From Octopus vulgaris (lineage: Eukaryota): a DNA stretch of 64,000 nt. Each line of letters opens with the position of its first letter. The first letter of the stretch is position 1. The position numbers and the translations under genes are program-made. This document shows, piece after piece, positions 10,368 to 22,796 of the stretch. The stretch spans positions 18,786,001 through 18,850,000 of the forward strand of contig OX597829.1 of the NCBI GenBank assembly GCA_951406725.2, written 5' to 3'. The notes under the pieces are model-generated. The model ran no database searches and had not been told where the DNA came from. It worked only from the letters and a program-made list of their open reading frames with translations.

Positions 10368-11756
10368 TCACAGGCGAAACCTGAGAACTGGTCCATTTAT
10401 ACTGGCCAGTCTCGCACAATTCACCCACCTTTCATAAAACTTGCTATCGGACAGCACTTTCCTCTCTAACCTCATCTTCCTTTTCAAGTGAAACTTGAAA
10501 AAGTTGATGAGTGCGTGACGTTCCCTGGAAACAGTTGAGCAAAGTGCCGCTGAAGCACCGTACACATCTTATTCGGTTCAGTAACCTCGCACCCGTTCTG
10601 GTCCACCGAAGACCGAATGGTTGCTTTGTTGCCTCGCTTCACCTCCGCCACGCGGGCCCATCGAGCGGCTCTAGTCCCCTCCCTGCTTAGCGAACGTGCC
10701 TTAGCTCTGACAACGCAGCCTTCGTGTTTGGCGTCGAAGTGTTGGTCGAGGGCCAACCTTGCCGCCAACATGTTGGTCGCGATGCCAGTGTCAAGAGCCT
10801 CGTCTAGTTTCTCTAACTAAATCCCGCTCTCTCTCCTACGTTCAATAGCTAGAGTCTTACTATACCTAATCGACTCTACTCTAATTGCTCTCTTGAGGGC
10901 AAACCACCAGTTGTTGTTGATGATTGCCCCCGTGAGCGCCCGCTTAACTAGTAAACTAATCCGGTCTCTGTAAACTTTGCACGCCGTTAACGACGCGTTC
11001 AGCTTCCAGTAGCCGGGTCCCTGTCTATGTAGCCTATCTAAGTCGACCGTACAGATCACTAATTTGTGGTCCGTATATTCGACTAGGTGGAATTGTGGAC
11101 ACCCTACGCTGTCCTTATCGCTGGCCTATAAAACACTCTATCTAAGTACGATCTAGACGACCCGATGCGATTGGTCCAAGTCCACATTGGCACATTCGGG
11201 TTGTCTAGTCGAAACCTGTCGGACAGCTGAAAGCGGCCGAGTAGGTTGGCGAGGCTCTTGCACCCTCCCCTCTCCTATCAGACGCTCCCCTGCCCACCCG
11301 ATCGAAACGTTCGTCTAAGACAGCGTTCCAATCCCCAACTAGCACTAGAGTGCGTGACATTCCCAGGAAAACTTCCAGACGTTTGAAATAATCTGACTGC
11401 CCTGCTCCTGTCGGAGCGTAGGCAGCCAGCAGTCTGAAAGCACCGCCGTCACTACCGTCCACGTCGAGGACCACCAACTTACCTTCCGGATCCAAGAAGA
11501 CTGTCCTTATTTTCAAGTCCAGGCCCTTCCAAAACAACACCGCAGTACCACCACCGCCCGCTCCCGGCCGACACGGAGATAAAAATATCTCGTATCCGCC
11601 GAAAAGGGCTGCGAGTTCCTGCGGGTCGGAGAGCCTAGTTTCACTGATGGCTGCTACATCCACATCATGAAACCTCAGGTCGTTTAACAGGTGACCCTGT
11701 TTCCAAGGTGACCCGAGGCCTCTCACATTCAAGCAACTGATTCTAAGATTTGCCAT
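10368..11756 (-). pseudogene. LINE ORF2 remnant: APE endonuclease fused to ORF2 C-terminus, no reverse transcriptase
   Basis: CLNVRGL, ISETRL, AYAP, GDWNAVLD, YLDRVF, TDH, GPGYWKLNASL motifs; after HFAQLF (~10530) jumps to LINFFKFHLKRKMRLERKVLS...ERWV; only ~1.4 kb, no YADD region. Confidence 0.9.
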
Positions 11757-11797
11757 GCTTCAAAAGTAAGGAAAAAAAAAAGGAGAAGAAAAAGGCT

Positions 11798-13614
11798 CTA
11801 CTTACTGTTGTTGGTGGTGGGGGTGGCTCCCTTGTGCTTTTGCACGGGTGCTTCCACAATATTTTTATACAGTTTCTTAGAGAAACTTTTCCCTAATGAT
11901 CCCACATCGTTAGGGAATATTTGTTTAATTTCGTTGTATGTTTTTGTGTTTATTTTTATTGTGAGAATGTGTGCTGGTGGTGTGTTGTGTCTTGGTATAA
12001 CAAAATCTGTTATACTTGTACTGGTTGTGTCTTTCAAATACTCAACCAGTTCCTGGTTTCTTGTATTTATTGATGTCAGTGCGTCTGTGTTTGTTTGTGT
12101 GTTTGGCAGTGGCAGTAGTGGTGTCGAAAGTGTTGTTGTTGTTTGTTGTTGTGAATGTGTGTTGTCGTTGTTGTTGTTGTTGATGTTTGGAAGCACTATT
12201 TGTTCGTGCTTCCCCTGTGTGTCTTTTTGTTTTCTCCTCCTTTTTTTTTTTGGAGGCACCGTGTTCCACTCTCCTTTGTCGGAATCAGTGCTCGCACAAT
12301 CCGAGCACTCTTCATCCAGCAAAGGAATAGTTGAGGGGTCTGCTTCAGCAGCAGGACGAAAAGTTGTTTGTTCCGCCGGTATCGGTGGTGCCGCTGCTCC
12401 TGTTGCTGTTGATGTTGCTGCTGTCGACCTTCTAGGTACAGGTGTTGGTGTTGGTTTGGTGGTTGTTGTTGTTGGAGGTGGTGTTGTTCGTCTTGGTGCT
12501 GGTGATGGTGTTGGTGGTGTGGCAGCTTTTGGTGTTTCGTGTTGTTTCTGTTGTTGTTGTTTCTGTTGTTGTTGTTGTTGTTGCTGCCTCTTGCTGTATG
12601 CCTCCATTCACTTTTTTTTTGAATGGGGCAGTCCCTCTTTAAGTGGCTTTCGCTGCTGCAGAAGAAACATTTTGGCTTTCGCCCCTCTACAGCAATGTTT
12701 AGCCTGGTGCCGTCCGGCAAACTAACGAAATCTGGGACCTTGCTGATATTTCCTTGCTGAATCTGAGCAAGAAGCAGTACTCGCATCCCCAACCAGTTTT
12801 TCTCCCTGACTCTCCTGACATCCAGAATGGTGGTAGTGTCCTCTATGTCATAGAGGACAGCTGCCACCAGCCATGACATATCGAGTTCAGGCAGCACGAG
12901 GTCAATTTTTATTTTTGTCACTCTTCTTCCGAGGTGGGTTGGAACGAGTAACAAACTCTCAGTTTGCAAGGGCGAAATGGCGTGCGCCCTTGCTTGCTCC
13001 TCTGTTGGGAAGCGAACCTCCACGGTTCCGAAACGCTTCCCCTTGATTACGTAGCTCTTTTGGGCTCAAATGGGCTTTAGAGCTATCTCTAACTGTTGGG
13101 GTGTGGCGTTTGTCATTCTTTTGTATTTTCTGTCGAAAACCTTGTATGTGATTGTTTTTTTGTTTGTGTCTTCAATCACCTCTTGTGGAGTATTGAGGAA
13201 GATGCTGTTGCCATCCTTCCTCAACAACTCCTTTGCTTTTTTGATGTCTTGTAAAGTAATCTTTACTTCCTCCGAAATTTGCTTCGCAGCAGAAGCAAAA
13301 TCGTTGGAAGATTTTTCATTTTTCTCTGTGTTCTTGTCTGTGTTTCTGTCTGTTATAATTTTCCTTTCCTCCCCCTTCAGTACAACATCACATGTTGAAG
13401 GCAGAGGGGGGAAATCGAGAGTGACGTCGAACGCGACGTCCTGGTTAGCATTCTCTTTTCGAACAGCGCGCGTGCTTTCCGGTTCGGAAGGAGGATCTCT
13501 TTTGCCTTTTACGGCGCGAAATGGGCGGTTCGGAACTGCTGACGAAATTTTTTCTTCTTGTGGAGGGGGTGGTGTTGCAAGGAGGGAAGAGCCAGCAGCT
13601 CTTTTTAACGACAT
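11798..13614 (-). pseudogene. LINE ORF1 (RRM-like region plus CCHC zinc knuckle, Q/T/P-rich tail)
   Basis: MSLKRAAG...; single in-frame TGA at 13066-13068, frame continues KGKRFGTVEVRFPTEEQA; knuckle CFFCSSESHLKRDC; frameshift near T run ~12612-12620. Confidence 0.85.
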
Positions 13615-13858
13615 TTTGGAAATGTGTGTGTGCAAAATAATGTGAATGTCAATAATATAAACAGTAATTTTACCCCCAATGGGGTAAAATTTTGCCTAGC
13701 CAACTAGCTCTGTAAAAAGTTAGTCGGCTTGGCCACAAATATTAAAAAATATTTCAACTCACAAACAAATTTCCAATGAAATTGTCACAAAAATCACGGA
13801 GCTTCCGGAGACACGTCCATCCGCGTTGAAAGAAAGAATAATAATAATAATAATAATG

Positions 13859-13893
<35 letters not shown>

Positions 13894-13900
13894 AATAATA

Positions 13901-14070
13901 ACAAGAGCACTCACAGAGCACAAACTTCTTCCAAGGTAACACCAACGTCCTCTCAACAATTAGCCAGTGATGAATTTTAAAATGAGAATATCTGAAATAA
14001 ACTTGACTGCTTTCACAAATGAGAATACTAAAAATGAACCCAACCACCCTAAAAAAATTAAGTAAAGAAA
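13901..14070. mobile_element. Possible Helentron/HINE-like terminal fragment
   Basis: ACAAGAGCACTCACAGAGCACAAACTTCTTCCAAGG start with short hairpin; same ACAAGAGCACTC start at the window end (~63986); family call from memory. Confidence 0.35.
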
Positions 14071-14072
14071 AA

Positions 14073-14330
14073 TTGGAAATTGTAAAGATTGTGCCTATAA
14101 TAATTGGTGCATTGAGAACTCTAAGCAAAGATATAACAAATGGTTGAAGGGGATTGGAATAGAATGTCCTGTAGAACTTCTACAGAAAGTTTGCCTCTTA
14201 GGGACAGGGAAGATTATCAGGAGGGTTCTGAAAGCTTGTGAATACCTAAGGTTACAGGCAGCAACCTGTTACCTACATAAATTCTACCAGGAATAAGAAC
14301 GAGCTTGAGTCAAATCAATGATAATAATCC
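14073..14330 (+). mobile_element. R4/Dong-like (RLE-type) LINE 3' fragment
   Basis: IVKIVPIIIGAL...WLKGIGIECPVELLQKVCLLGTGRIIRRVL, short 3'UTR ending in TGATAATAAT. Confidence 0.75.
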
Positions 14331-14604
14331 TTTTTATTATAGGCGCAAGGCCTAAAATTTTGAGGGGAGGAGTTAAGTCGATTACATCAACCCCAAAACT
14401 CCTTTGTTATTTAATTTATTGACCCTGAAAGGATGAAAGGCAAATTCTGTGCATTTACAGATAGGTGTGTGCGTACATATAAGATTATGTGTGTGTGTTT
14501 ATACATAAAAGATTGTGTGTGTATGCATGTGTGTAAATTATATATATATGTATACATATATACACACACATATAAATATGTATATATGCACACACACACA
14601 CAAA

Positions 14605-15892
14605 TTGGGTCATCCCATAAATAATGCAGTTTTTTCAATTGCATGAACTAAAAGTTGGAGGGGGACAGGATAAACTACCTGCATCAATTTGCTATAAAAG
14701 TAGGTAGTAATTTTACCTTGTCCTTATTCTTAGTGCAAGTTTTGAAGAGTGCAGTTCGATATTAAAAGTCATTTTTTCAAAGCTATAATGGAAGTGACAA
14801 AGGAGGATATTCGGTATATTTTGCTTTATGAGTTCAATAAAGGCAACAACTCAATGGAAAGTGCAATGAATATTCATGCAATGTATGGGGATTGGACAAT
14901 AAGTGTAAGCCAGTCTCAACGGTGATTCCAGAAATTCTGAGCTGGAAACTACAACCTAGAAGACAAGCTTCATCCTGGAAGATCTGTAGAACTCAACGAG
15001 GATGTCTTGCAAACCTTGGTGGAACAAAATCTCATTGCAACTATTGAGGAACTAGTAGAGAAGCTTCGATTTGGTCATTCACTCCTTCATCAACACCTGC
15101 ATGCCATTGGAAAAGTCAGCAAATTGAATCAATGGGTTCCTCACAAACTTTCTGAGTCTAATCACATGCACAGTGAATGTGTTCTCTTTTTTGCTGTCAC
15201 ATCTCACAAATGAACCTTTTTTGGACCGAATAGTGACTGGTGATGAGAAATAGGTTTTCTATAAAAATGTCAAGTGCTGAAGACAGTCGGTAGGGAAAGG
15301 AGAAACACTGGCACCACAGGCTAAATAAGGTCTTCACCCATGTAAGGTGTTGTTATCTGTTTGGTGGTATATGAAAGGTTTAGTCCACTTTGAACTTTTA
15401 AACCCAAACCAAATGATAACAAATGAGATCTACTGTGAGCAGCTCGAGCGGCGTAGGTCAGCGCTAGAAGGAAAACGACCATCTTTAGTATCAAGATGAA
15501 AGGTGCTCTTCTTTCAAGATAATGCTCAGCCACATACAGCAAGGACAACATTATATAGGCTGGAGCAGTTTGAATGGGAAATGATGCCTCACCCACCATA
15601 TTTGCCAGACATTGCCCCATCTGATTATCATTTATTCCACAGTCATCAAAATCATTTGGAAGTAAAAAATATGAATTCTGTAGACAAGGTTAGAACAGTA
15701 CTGGAGGAGTGTTTTTCATCACAGACAAGTGAATTTTGGAAGAGGGGCCTTGAAAGTCTACCTGATAGATGGAAGAGCTTTGTAGAAAATGAAGGAGAGT
15801 ATATTTTAGATCAAAAAATAACTTTGTTTATCTTAATTTTGAAAAATAAAAGAAGTATAAAAAAAGCCCACATTATTTATGGGATGACCCAA
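14605..15892 (+). mobile_element. Full-length decayed mariner transposon (~1288 bp)
   Basis: TIRs TTGGGTCATCCCATAAATAATG / CATTATTTATGGGATGACCCAA, TA on right flank. Confidence 0.95.
14788..15814 (+). pseudogene. Mariner DD34D transposase, inactivated
   Basis: MEVTKEDIRYILLYEF; WVPHKL; IVTGDEK; QDNAQPH-34 [10 protein letters not shown]; several stops and frameshifts. Confidence 0.95.
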
Positions 15893-16014
15893 TATATATA
15901 TTTACATGCACACATATCTATATACATATACTATGTAAATATATCTATAGCTATCTGTCTATCTATTTATCTACCTATTTATCTATCTATCTATCTATTT
16001 ATCTCTCTCTCTCA

Positions 16015-16119
<105 letters not shown>

Positions 16120-16889
16120 TGTATATATATATATTTATGTATGTATATATGTACTAAACTAATCTTCACATCAAAGAGCATTCAGAAATATGTGACCATA
16201 TCATCTAAGCCAGCCACAAACATATTATTTATTTTGCAATATATTATGTATACACACAAACGCTGCATGCACTCAATACACACGCGCGCACGCACACACG
16301 CACACACACACACATGTATTCTCCTTGTTTAAATGAAAGGTGTTTCAAACTGTATACATCTCTGATAATTTTTTCCCTGGTCATGTTTTATTTTATTTGT
16401 TTTATTTTATTTTTATTTTATTTTATTTTGTTTTATTTCATTTCATTTTATTTTATTTATTTATCTATATGTAGTATTATTCTTTTACTTTTACACAGGG
16501 CAAATTGATTCAAAGTCTTACTTTCCAGTCATTGATGTGAATCATTGATAAATCAAGATGGATAGAGGGTTTAGAAAGAAAGAGATAAAGAGTTGACGGT
16601 CAGGGTGGAGGGACGGTGGGGTGGATAAACAAATAGATAAGATATATATATATATATATATATATACAGACAGACTGATGGACAGAGAGAGAGAGAGAGA
16701 GCGTGGGTAAATGTTTAGAGCAAAAGTGATATATTGAGATATTTAGCCTGCTAGGAATATTCTGATAGTGATGTATTGAATCGCTAACCCAGCAGGACAA
16801 GTAAAGTGTGTGATGAAGAAAGAACAGAGAGTAATAAAAGGAGATGGAGGTTGGTGGAAAGAGGGGAAGTGAAGTAGAAGTGAGTGTCA

Positions 16890-16938
<49 letters not shown>

Positions 16939-17564
16939 GAACCAATAAATAATATTGATTTTTTTATTTATTTATTTATTTTTTTTTTTGTAACTTTGAT
17001 GCAAAAAGCTTTCAGATTTATAGAGGTGGGGGGAAGAAAAAAAAAATTGAGATTTCGTGATGTTCATATTTTTACTCAAGGGCATTAATGAGACAAGTCC
17101 AGTGAGAACGTCTGCTATTTGATGATGATGATGGATGGTTGTGGGGGGGTGGTGGTGATGATGATGATGGTGATGGTGGTGATGGTGATGATGATAAACT
17201 GGGTCACAGATTTAGGACATCGAGATCTTAACCTCCAGATGATTTGTTTGTTTTGTTTTTTTTTGTTATTTTTTTTTTTGTGCCATAGTTTGTGAGGAAT
17301 AGAAATCATTGGTTACTGATTTCCAATCAGTTCAATCATTGGTTCATTGTTCTGTTGATAGTGAGAGAGTGACAAGGGAATTTCTAAGCATCCCACCCCT
17401 TCGTCTTTCCTCTGCATCCCTGCCGAAGTAAAGAACTTGATTTGTAAAATGCCATCTTTTTAATCAGATTTTCTTTTTTTGCTGTAGAATATTTATCCCA
17501 TCAACACACACACACACACACACAACACACATGCATGTATGTAGTATGTATGTATATATATATT

Positions 17565-17946
17565 CTATTATTTGTTTCAGTCATTTGACCATGGCTATGC
17601 TGGAGTACCACCTTGAAGGGTTTTAGTCAAAGAAATCAACCCCAGGACTTTAAAAAAATTTTTTAAAGCCTAGTACTTATTCTATCAGTCTCTTTTGTCA
17701 AACTGCTAAGTTACAGGGATGCAAGCACACCAACACCAGTTGTCAAGTAGTGATGGGGAGAGAAACAAAGACACACACACACAACAGGCTTCTTTCAGTT
17801 TCCGTCTACTAAATCCACTCAGAAGGCTTTGGTCAGCCCAAGGCTATAGTTGAAGACACTTGCCCAAGGTGCCATGCAGTGGGACTGAAATTGGAACCAT
17901 GTGGTTGGGAAGCAAGCTTCTCACCACACAGCCATGCCTGTGCCTA
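17565..17946 (-). mobile_element. SINE family A
   Basis: Reverse complement of full family A layout. Confidence 0.85.
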
Positions 17947-18044
17947 TACGTATATTAAATATTAAAGTTTGTTTTTATGTTGATTTATGATAAAAGTTAC
18001 TTTGTATTAAATTGAGGGATTATTCAATACTTTTTGTACACTAC

Positions 18045-18280
18045 ATCATCATCATTGTCGTTTAATGTCCACTTTCCATGCTGGCATGGGTTGGATGGTT
18101 TGAGGACTGGTTTGCCAGTAGCCTGCACCAAGCTCCAATCTGATCTGGCAAAGTTTCTACAGTTGGATACCCTTCCTAACACCAATCACTCTGAGAGTGT
18201 GGTGGGTGATTTTACGTGCCACCAGCACGAGGGCCAGTTAGGCAGTTCTGGCAACGACCATGCTCAAAAGGTGTTTTTTA
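18045..18280 (-). mobile_element. SINE-like family C 3' part
   Basis: (CAT)n tail and reverse core. Confidence 0.8.
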
Positions 18281-18319
18281 TCTATATTTATCATTCTTTA
18301 ACAAGAATGGTGTTGACTG

Positions 18320-20085
18320 TGCCTTCGAAGCTTTGGACTGCTTGACCAAATGTGCTACAATCCAATGGAAAATCACCATCAAAATCCTTTAACTGATGCT
18401 GCCAGTCATTGGGGTGCCTCTCCAGATGCTTTCACAGTCAGCCATTGTCACTGATCTCTGTTCTCTGTCATGCGTAGCAGATTCACTGTGCTGTGACCTG
18501 TCCAGTCCTTGATGTTGTTGAACCAGAATTTTCTCTGTTTGCTTCTTTTTTGTCCTCCCTCAACAGTGCTCTGAAGAATGCTTTTGGACAGTGTGTTGAG
18601 GTGGGATACATGGCTGTACCAGGCAAGCCTTTGTCTCTTTGCCTGTGCAAGGAGTGATTCCTGTCTACCAGTGTATTTGTTGACTTGCTCCTTGACTTAG
18701 CTGTTCATATTAACTTTGTATATGGGATGTGTAGTAGCTTTCTGAAGCACTTGTGTTCCAGTGTCTGGATTCTTCACTCTATGTCAACTGTAACAGTTCA
18801 CCTCTCACATCCATACAGAAGGATTGAAGTCACCAGGGACTGCATCTTGCTGTGAAAGCAATAAAATTTCATTTCCATATGGTGTTCAACTTCGTTATGG
18901 CAGCAGAGGCTACACTGAGTTTTCTTATTTCCTTTTGAGATCTGCTGTCTTTAGTCAAGGGGGATCCTAAGTACTTGAATGTGTCAACTTCATCAGGCCT
19001 TTCTTCATTGAGCATAATGTTTATCGCTGTGTTTTAGTTGTTACTTATTAACCAGAATCCTTCTTTTATCTGAGCTGATCTCCATCTCATGTGCTTCTGA
19101 TACTTTTTCCAGTCTGGTGGTGAGCTATTGTAGTTCTATTTCACTGCACCATAATAGGTCAATATCATCAGCAAATCACAGGTTAGAAATGGGTTGTCCT
19201 CCAATGGAAACAGAGTGGTGGATGTCTTGAAATGTCTCCTGCATGACTTTTTTCCAGAAAGATGCTGAAAAGCACTTGGAGAGATGAGACATCCTTGTCA
19301 AAACCCACCTTTGTCCTGAAGAATTATCTGATGTTGTTCAGGAGAATTGCACTGCTTGAGTTTTCTTACAGTGCTTGAATTATTTCAATGAGATTGTTGT
19401 CAAATTTGTAGTTCTTCATCACCTGCTACACCCATCATGCCAAACATGGCAATGAAGTTGTGATGGTGGTCAGAGTGTCTCAGTGAGCAATCTAATGCAA
19501 AATACATTTGGGATCTAAATCCAGACAGTTCTGCAAGGATTTCTTCTTCCTTCCCCTTAAGTCTGTTTAGCAGAACTCCTAGCAATACTTTACTGGGGTG
19601 ACTAATTAAGCTGATTGTTCAATAATTTTAACAGAATCTTAAGTTTGCCTTTTTTGGTAATGGGTATCATCAATGATCAAGTCCACTCCTTTGGTCACAG
19701 TTTTGTCTCCCATATCTTCTGACAGGTAACTTAGTGCCTTGATAAGCTTTAACCATCAATATTTTAAGAGCCCTGATGGAATATTATCCATTCTTGGTGA
19801 TTTCCTAACTTTGAGCATATGCGCTGACTCTTCTACTTCCTTCTGGGGAAATGGCATATCCCCAAGTTCTCTGTTATTGTTGTTGGAATTGTTTAGGATG
19901 TTGTTTATGAAACCCTCAAAATCCTTACTGAAACAAAGAAACACATCAACACTATCACTAAGGACAAAACAGGCCTACTCCTCATGGACAAGAATGATGT
20001 CATCAAAAGATGATCTCAGTACTGCAAAGACTTTTACAGTTACAAACTCAAACATGACACCGACATCCTAGACAATTCCAATGAA
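18320..20085 (-). mobile_element. RTE-clade LINE, 5'-truncated, decayed, with inverted 5' segment (~19903-20085 on + strand)
   Basis: Minus strand: KSPRMDNIPSGLLK, TISLISHPSKVLL, SIGGQPISNL*FADDIDL, FKYLGS, LLYGCE; plus strand: VYETLKILT...KDKTGLLL..DVIKR*SQYCKDFYSY. Confidence 0.85.
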
Positions 20086-20159
20086 GTATTGACAAGACCA
20101 AAACATCAAAGTCACTGTCAACACAATTCTTGTTAAAGAATAATTTATATATATAATTG

Positions 20160-20232
<73 letters not shown>

Positions 20233-20240
20233 TGTGTGAT

Positions 20241-20359
20241 TATTCAGTTTATTTCAAGATTTCTTGCCAATAGAGAAAGAACCAGTTTCTAATTGAGATC
20301 CAAGGCTCCTTCATTGGAATTTCAGCTTCAACAACCGAGTATTTTTGTATGTATATGTA

Positions 20360-20404
<45 letters not shown>

Positions 20405-20652
20405 GCAGATTTGTATGTTTTATGTATGTATTCTCATGCATATAGTTGCATATCTAGATATGCTCATATATACTTAAATGATAAACTTCTGGAAAATTTT
20501 ACAGATTTTTACAGTTCCAGTGATGGATTGGATCTGTAGTCTTCAAATCAGCTTTCTCCTTTCTGGTTTTGAGAATCCTAATTTCTCAAGATTGGTATTT
20601 AGGCAGTGTGTTACATATCCCGGGGTCACAATAATTACAGGTATAAACCTGA
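20241..20652 (-). mobile_element. RLE-type (R4-like) LINE 3' fragment with microsatellite in 3'UTR
   Basis: RFIPVIIVTPGYVTHCLNTNLEKLGFS...LQIQSITGTVKICKIFQKF; homologous to 20812-21255. Confidence 0.75.
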
Positions 20653-20811
20653 TATATGTATGTATGTATGTATGTATGTATATGTATACATGCATGTACC
20701 CAACCTATGCCAATTGATGACTACAACAATGATAATAATGATGATGTCTGATGATGATGATGATGTATGTATGTATGTATATATGTCTATCTGTCTCTTC
20801 TAATTTTTGAT

Positions 20812-21255
20812 TATTATAAATCTTCCACTGAGAAGGGAACCAGTTTCCAGCAAAGATACAAGGCTCCATCATTGGGATGTAGTTAACACAGACAAATTTG
20901 CATTTGAAACTTGAGAAAAGTCTTGCATATTTTTATTGTTCCACTCACAGATTGCACTTGTAATGTATGAATTAGCGGATTGATCTCTCTTTCTGAAAAC
21001 TCCAGTTTATCCAGATTCTCCTTCAAGCATTTACCAACAAAACTTAGAGCTCCAATTATTATTGGTATGAATATGAATTCATAGTCTGGATATAGAAACT
21101 GGAGGTTTTGAAGAAGTTTTCCATAGATATCCTCTTTTTCTTTGATTTTCAAACAGATATTTATATCTGCAGGGCAGCTGACCTCTATGATGGTACATAC
21201 CTCTGCCCATCTGTCTCAAACGACAATATCCGGCCTGTTATGTTTACATTTGACA
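20812..21255 (-). mobile_element. RLE-type (R4-like) LINE 3' fragment
   Basis: KHNRPDIVV*D..CTIIEVSCPAD..KIKEKEDIYG..FIPIIIGAL (PD-(D/E)xK endonuclease motif). Confidence 0.8.
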
Positions 21256-21874
21256 GAGAATATGCATCAATTTTTTCCAAAAGGTTGGCGATACCTGCTC
21301 AGAAGCCTACTCAAAGTTTTCAAAAAGTTTTCATTGTTCTTGACACAATCAAGATCTTGTGCAATTGAAACCCAAGTGTCTTTTTGGTCAGCTGTAACTA
21401 ATCTGCATATTCTCTGATTATCCACGGATGGTGATTTGACAATCTCCCCTCAGCTGCATGCACATCTATGATGTTTTTCTCAGTTCTGCTGGTTGCGAAT
21501 CTCCCACAACATTCATCAATATTGATATTTTTCAGCCATCTTGGAAACATAGACACAGGCAAGGTATCCCAATTTACATTTAAAAAAAAATTTTTTTTTC
21601 CCACTTGTTATTGTAACCTGTTCACTTTTGACTTAGCCATTGTACCAAAGTTTACCGCGTTAAGAAACAGATAACAGGAACAGATTATTTTTTTTATTTT
21701 TTTATTTTTTGCTAACAGTAATTCAAATAAACAGATGTGCAAAAAGAAAACAAGAAATGATAATTAAAATAAAAATACAGAATTAGAGAAAGTTATAATG
21801 AAGCAGGAGTGGAGGAGGTTACCCTTTAAGCATTCAGATTATACAGTCAAATGTAATGCTTATTTATTCACATA

Positions 21875-22280
21875 GGCGCAGGAGTGGCTGTGTGGTAAGT
21901 AGCTTGCTAACCAACCACATTGGTTGCGGGTTCAGTCCCACTGCGTGGCATCTTGGGCAAGTGTCTTCTGCTATAGCCCCAGGCCGACCAATGCCTTGTG
22001 AGTGGATTTGGTAGATGGAAACTGAAAGAAGCCTGTCGTATATATGTATGTATATATATATATATATGTGTGTATGTATTTGAGTGTCTGTCTTTGTCCC
22101 CCTAGCATTGCTTGACAACCGATGGTGGTGTGTTTACATCCCCGTTACTTGGCGGTTCGGCAAAAGAGACCGATAGGATAAGTACTGGGCTTACAAAGAA
22201 TAAGTTCTGCGGTCGACTTGCTTGACTAAAGGCGGTGCTCCAGCATGGCTGCAGTCAAATGACTGAAACAAGTAAAAGAG
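21875..22280 (+). mobile_element. SINE family A, full length, inserted in a TTAA MITE (21820-22375)
   Basis: Complete head to GTAAAAGAG tail; MITE halves on both sides. Confidence 0.9.
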
Positions 22281-22378
22281 TATTGTTTTAAATTAATCAT
22301 GGATTGCATCTAATCAGTTTGAACTTAAAACAGGTTGAATATTTGGGCTGGATATGGCTGGTTTAAATACTTAAAGAA

Positions 22379-22410
<32 letters not shown>

Positions 22411-22420
22411 AATATATATA

Positions 22421-22750
22421 CTCTTTTACTTGTTTCAGTCATTTGACTGCGGCCATGCTGGAGCACCGCCTTTAGTCAAGCAAGTCGACCGCAGAACTTA
22501 TTCTTTGTAAGCCCAGTACTTATCCTATCGGTCTCTATTGCCGAACCGCCAAGTAACGGGGATGTAAACACACCACCATCGGTTGTCAAGCAATGCTAGG
22601 GGGACAAAGACAGACACTCAAATACATACACACACATATATATATATATACATACATATATACTACGACAGGCTTCTTTCAGTTTCCGTCTACCAAATCC
22701 ACTCACAAGGCATTGGTCGGCCCGGGGCTATAGCAGAAGACACTTGCCCA

Positions 22751-22753
<3 letters not shown>
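22421..22753 (-). mobile_element. SINE family A, 5'-truncated, near-identical inverted partner of 21875-22280
   Basis: Shares rare variants with the preceding copy. Confidence 0.9.

Positions 22754-22795
<42 letters not shown>

Positions 22796-22796
<1 letters not shown>

Larger units (their letters stand above)
10100..13835 (-). mobile_element. Tx1/L1-clade LINE with both ends, ORF1 and endonuclease, RT domain deleted, inserted in (TAA)n
   Basis: (TAA)n on both flanks (10042-10098, 13837-13902); minus-strand AATAAA at 3' end; two-ORF layout. Confidence 0.9.

Noticed and set aside
11808-13645. Long + strand ORFs (305 aa, 191 aa)
   Set aside because: Antisense shadows of LINE ORF1
21255-21610. 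Coding-like minus-strand stretch next to the RLE fragment
   Set aside because: Stops in all frames and no motif I can assign
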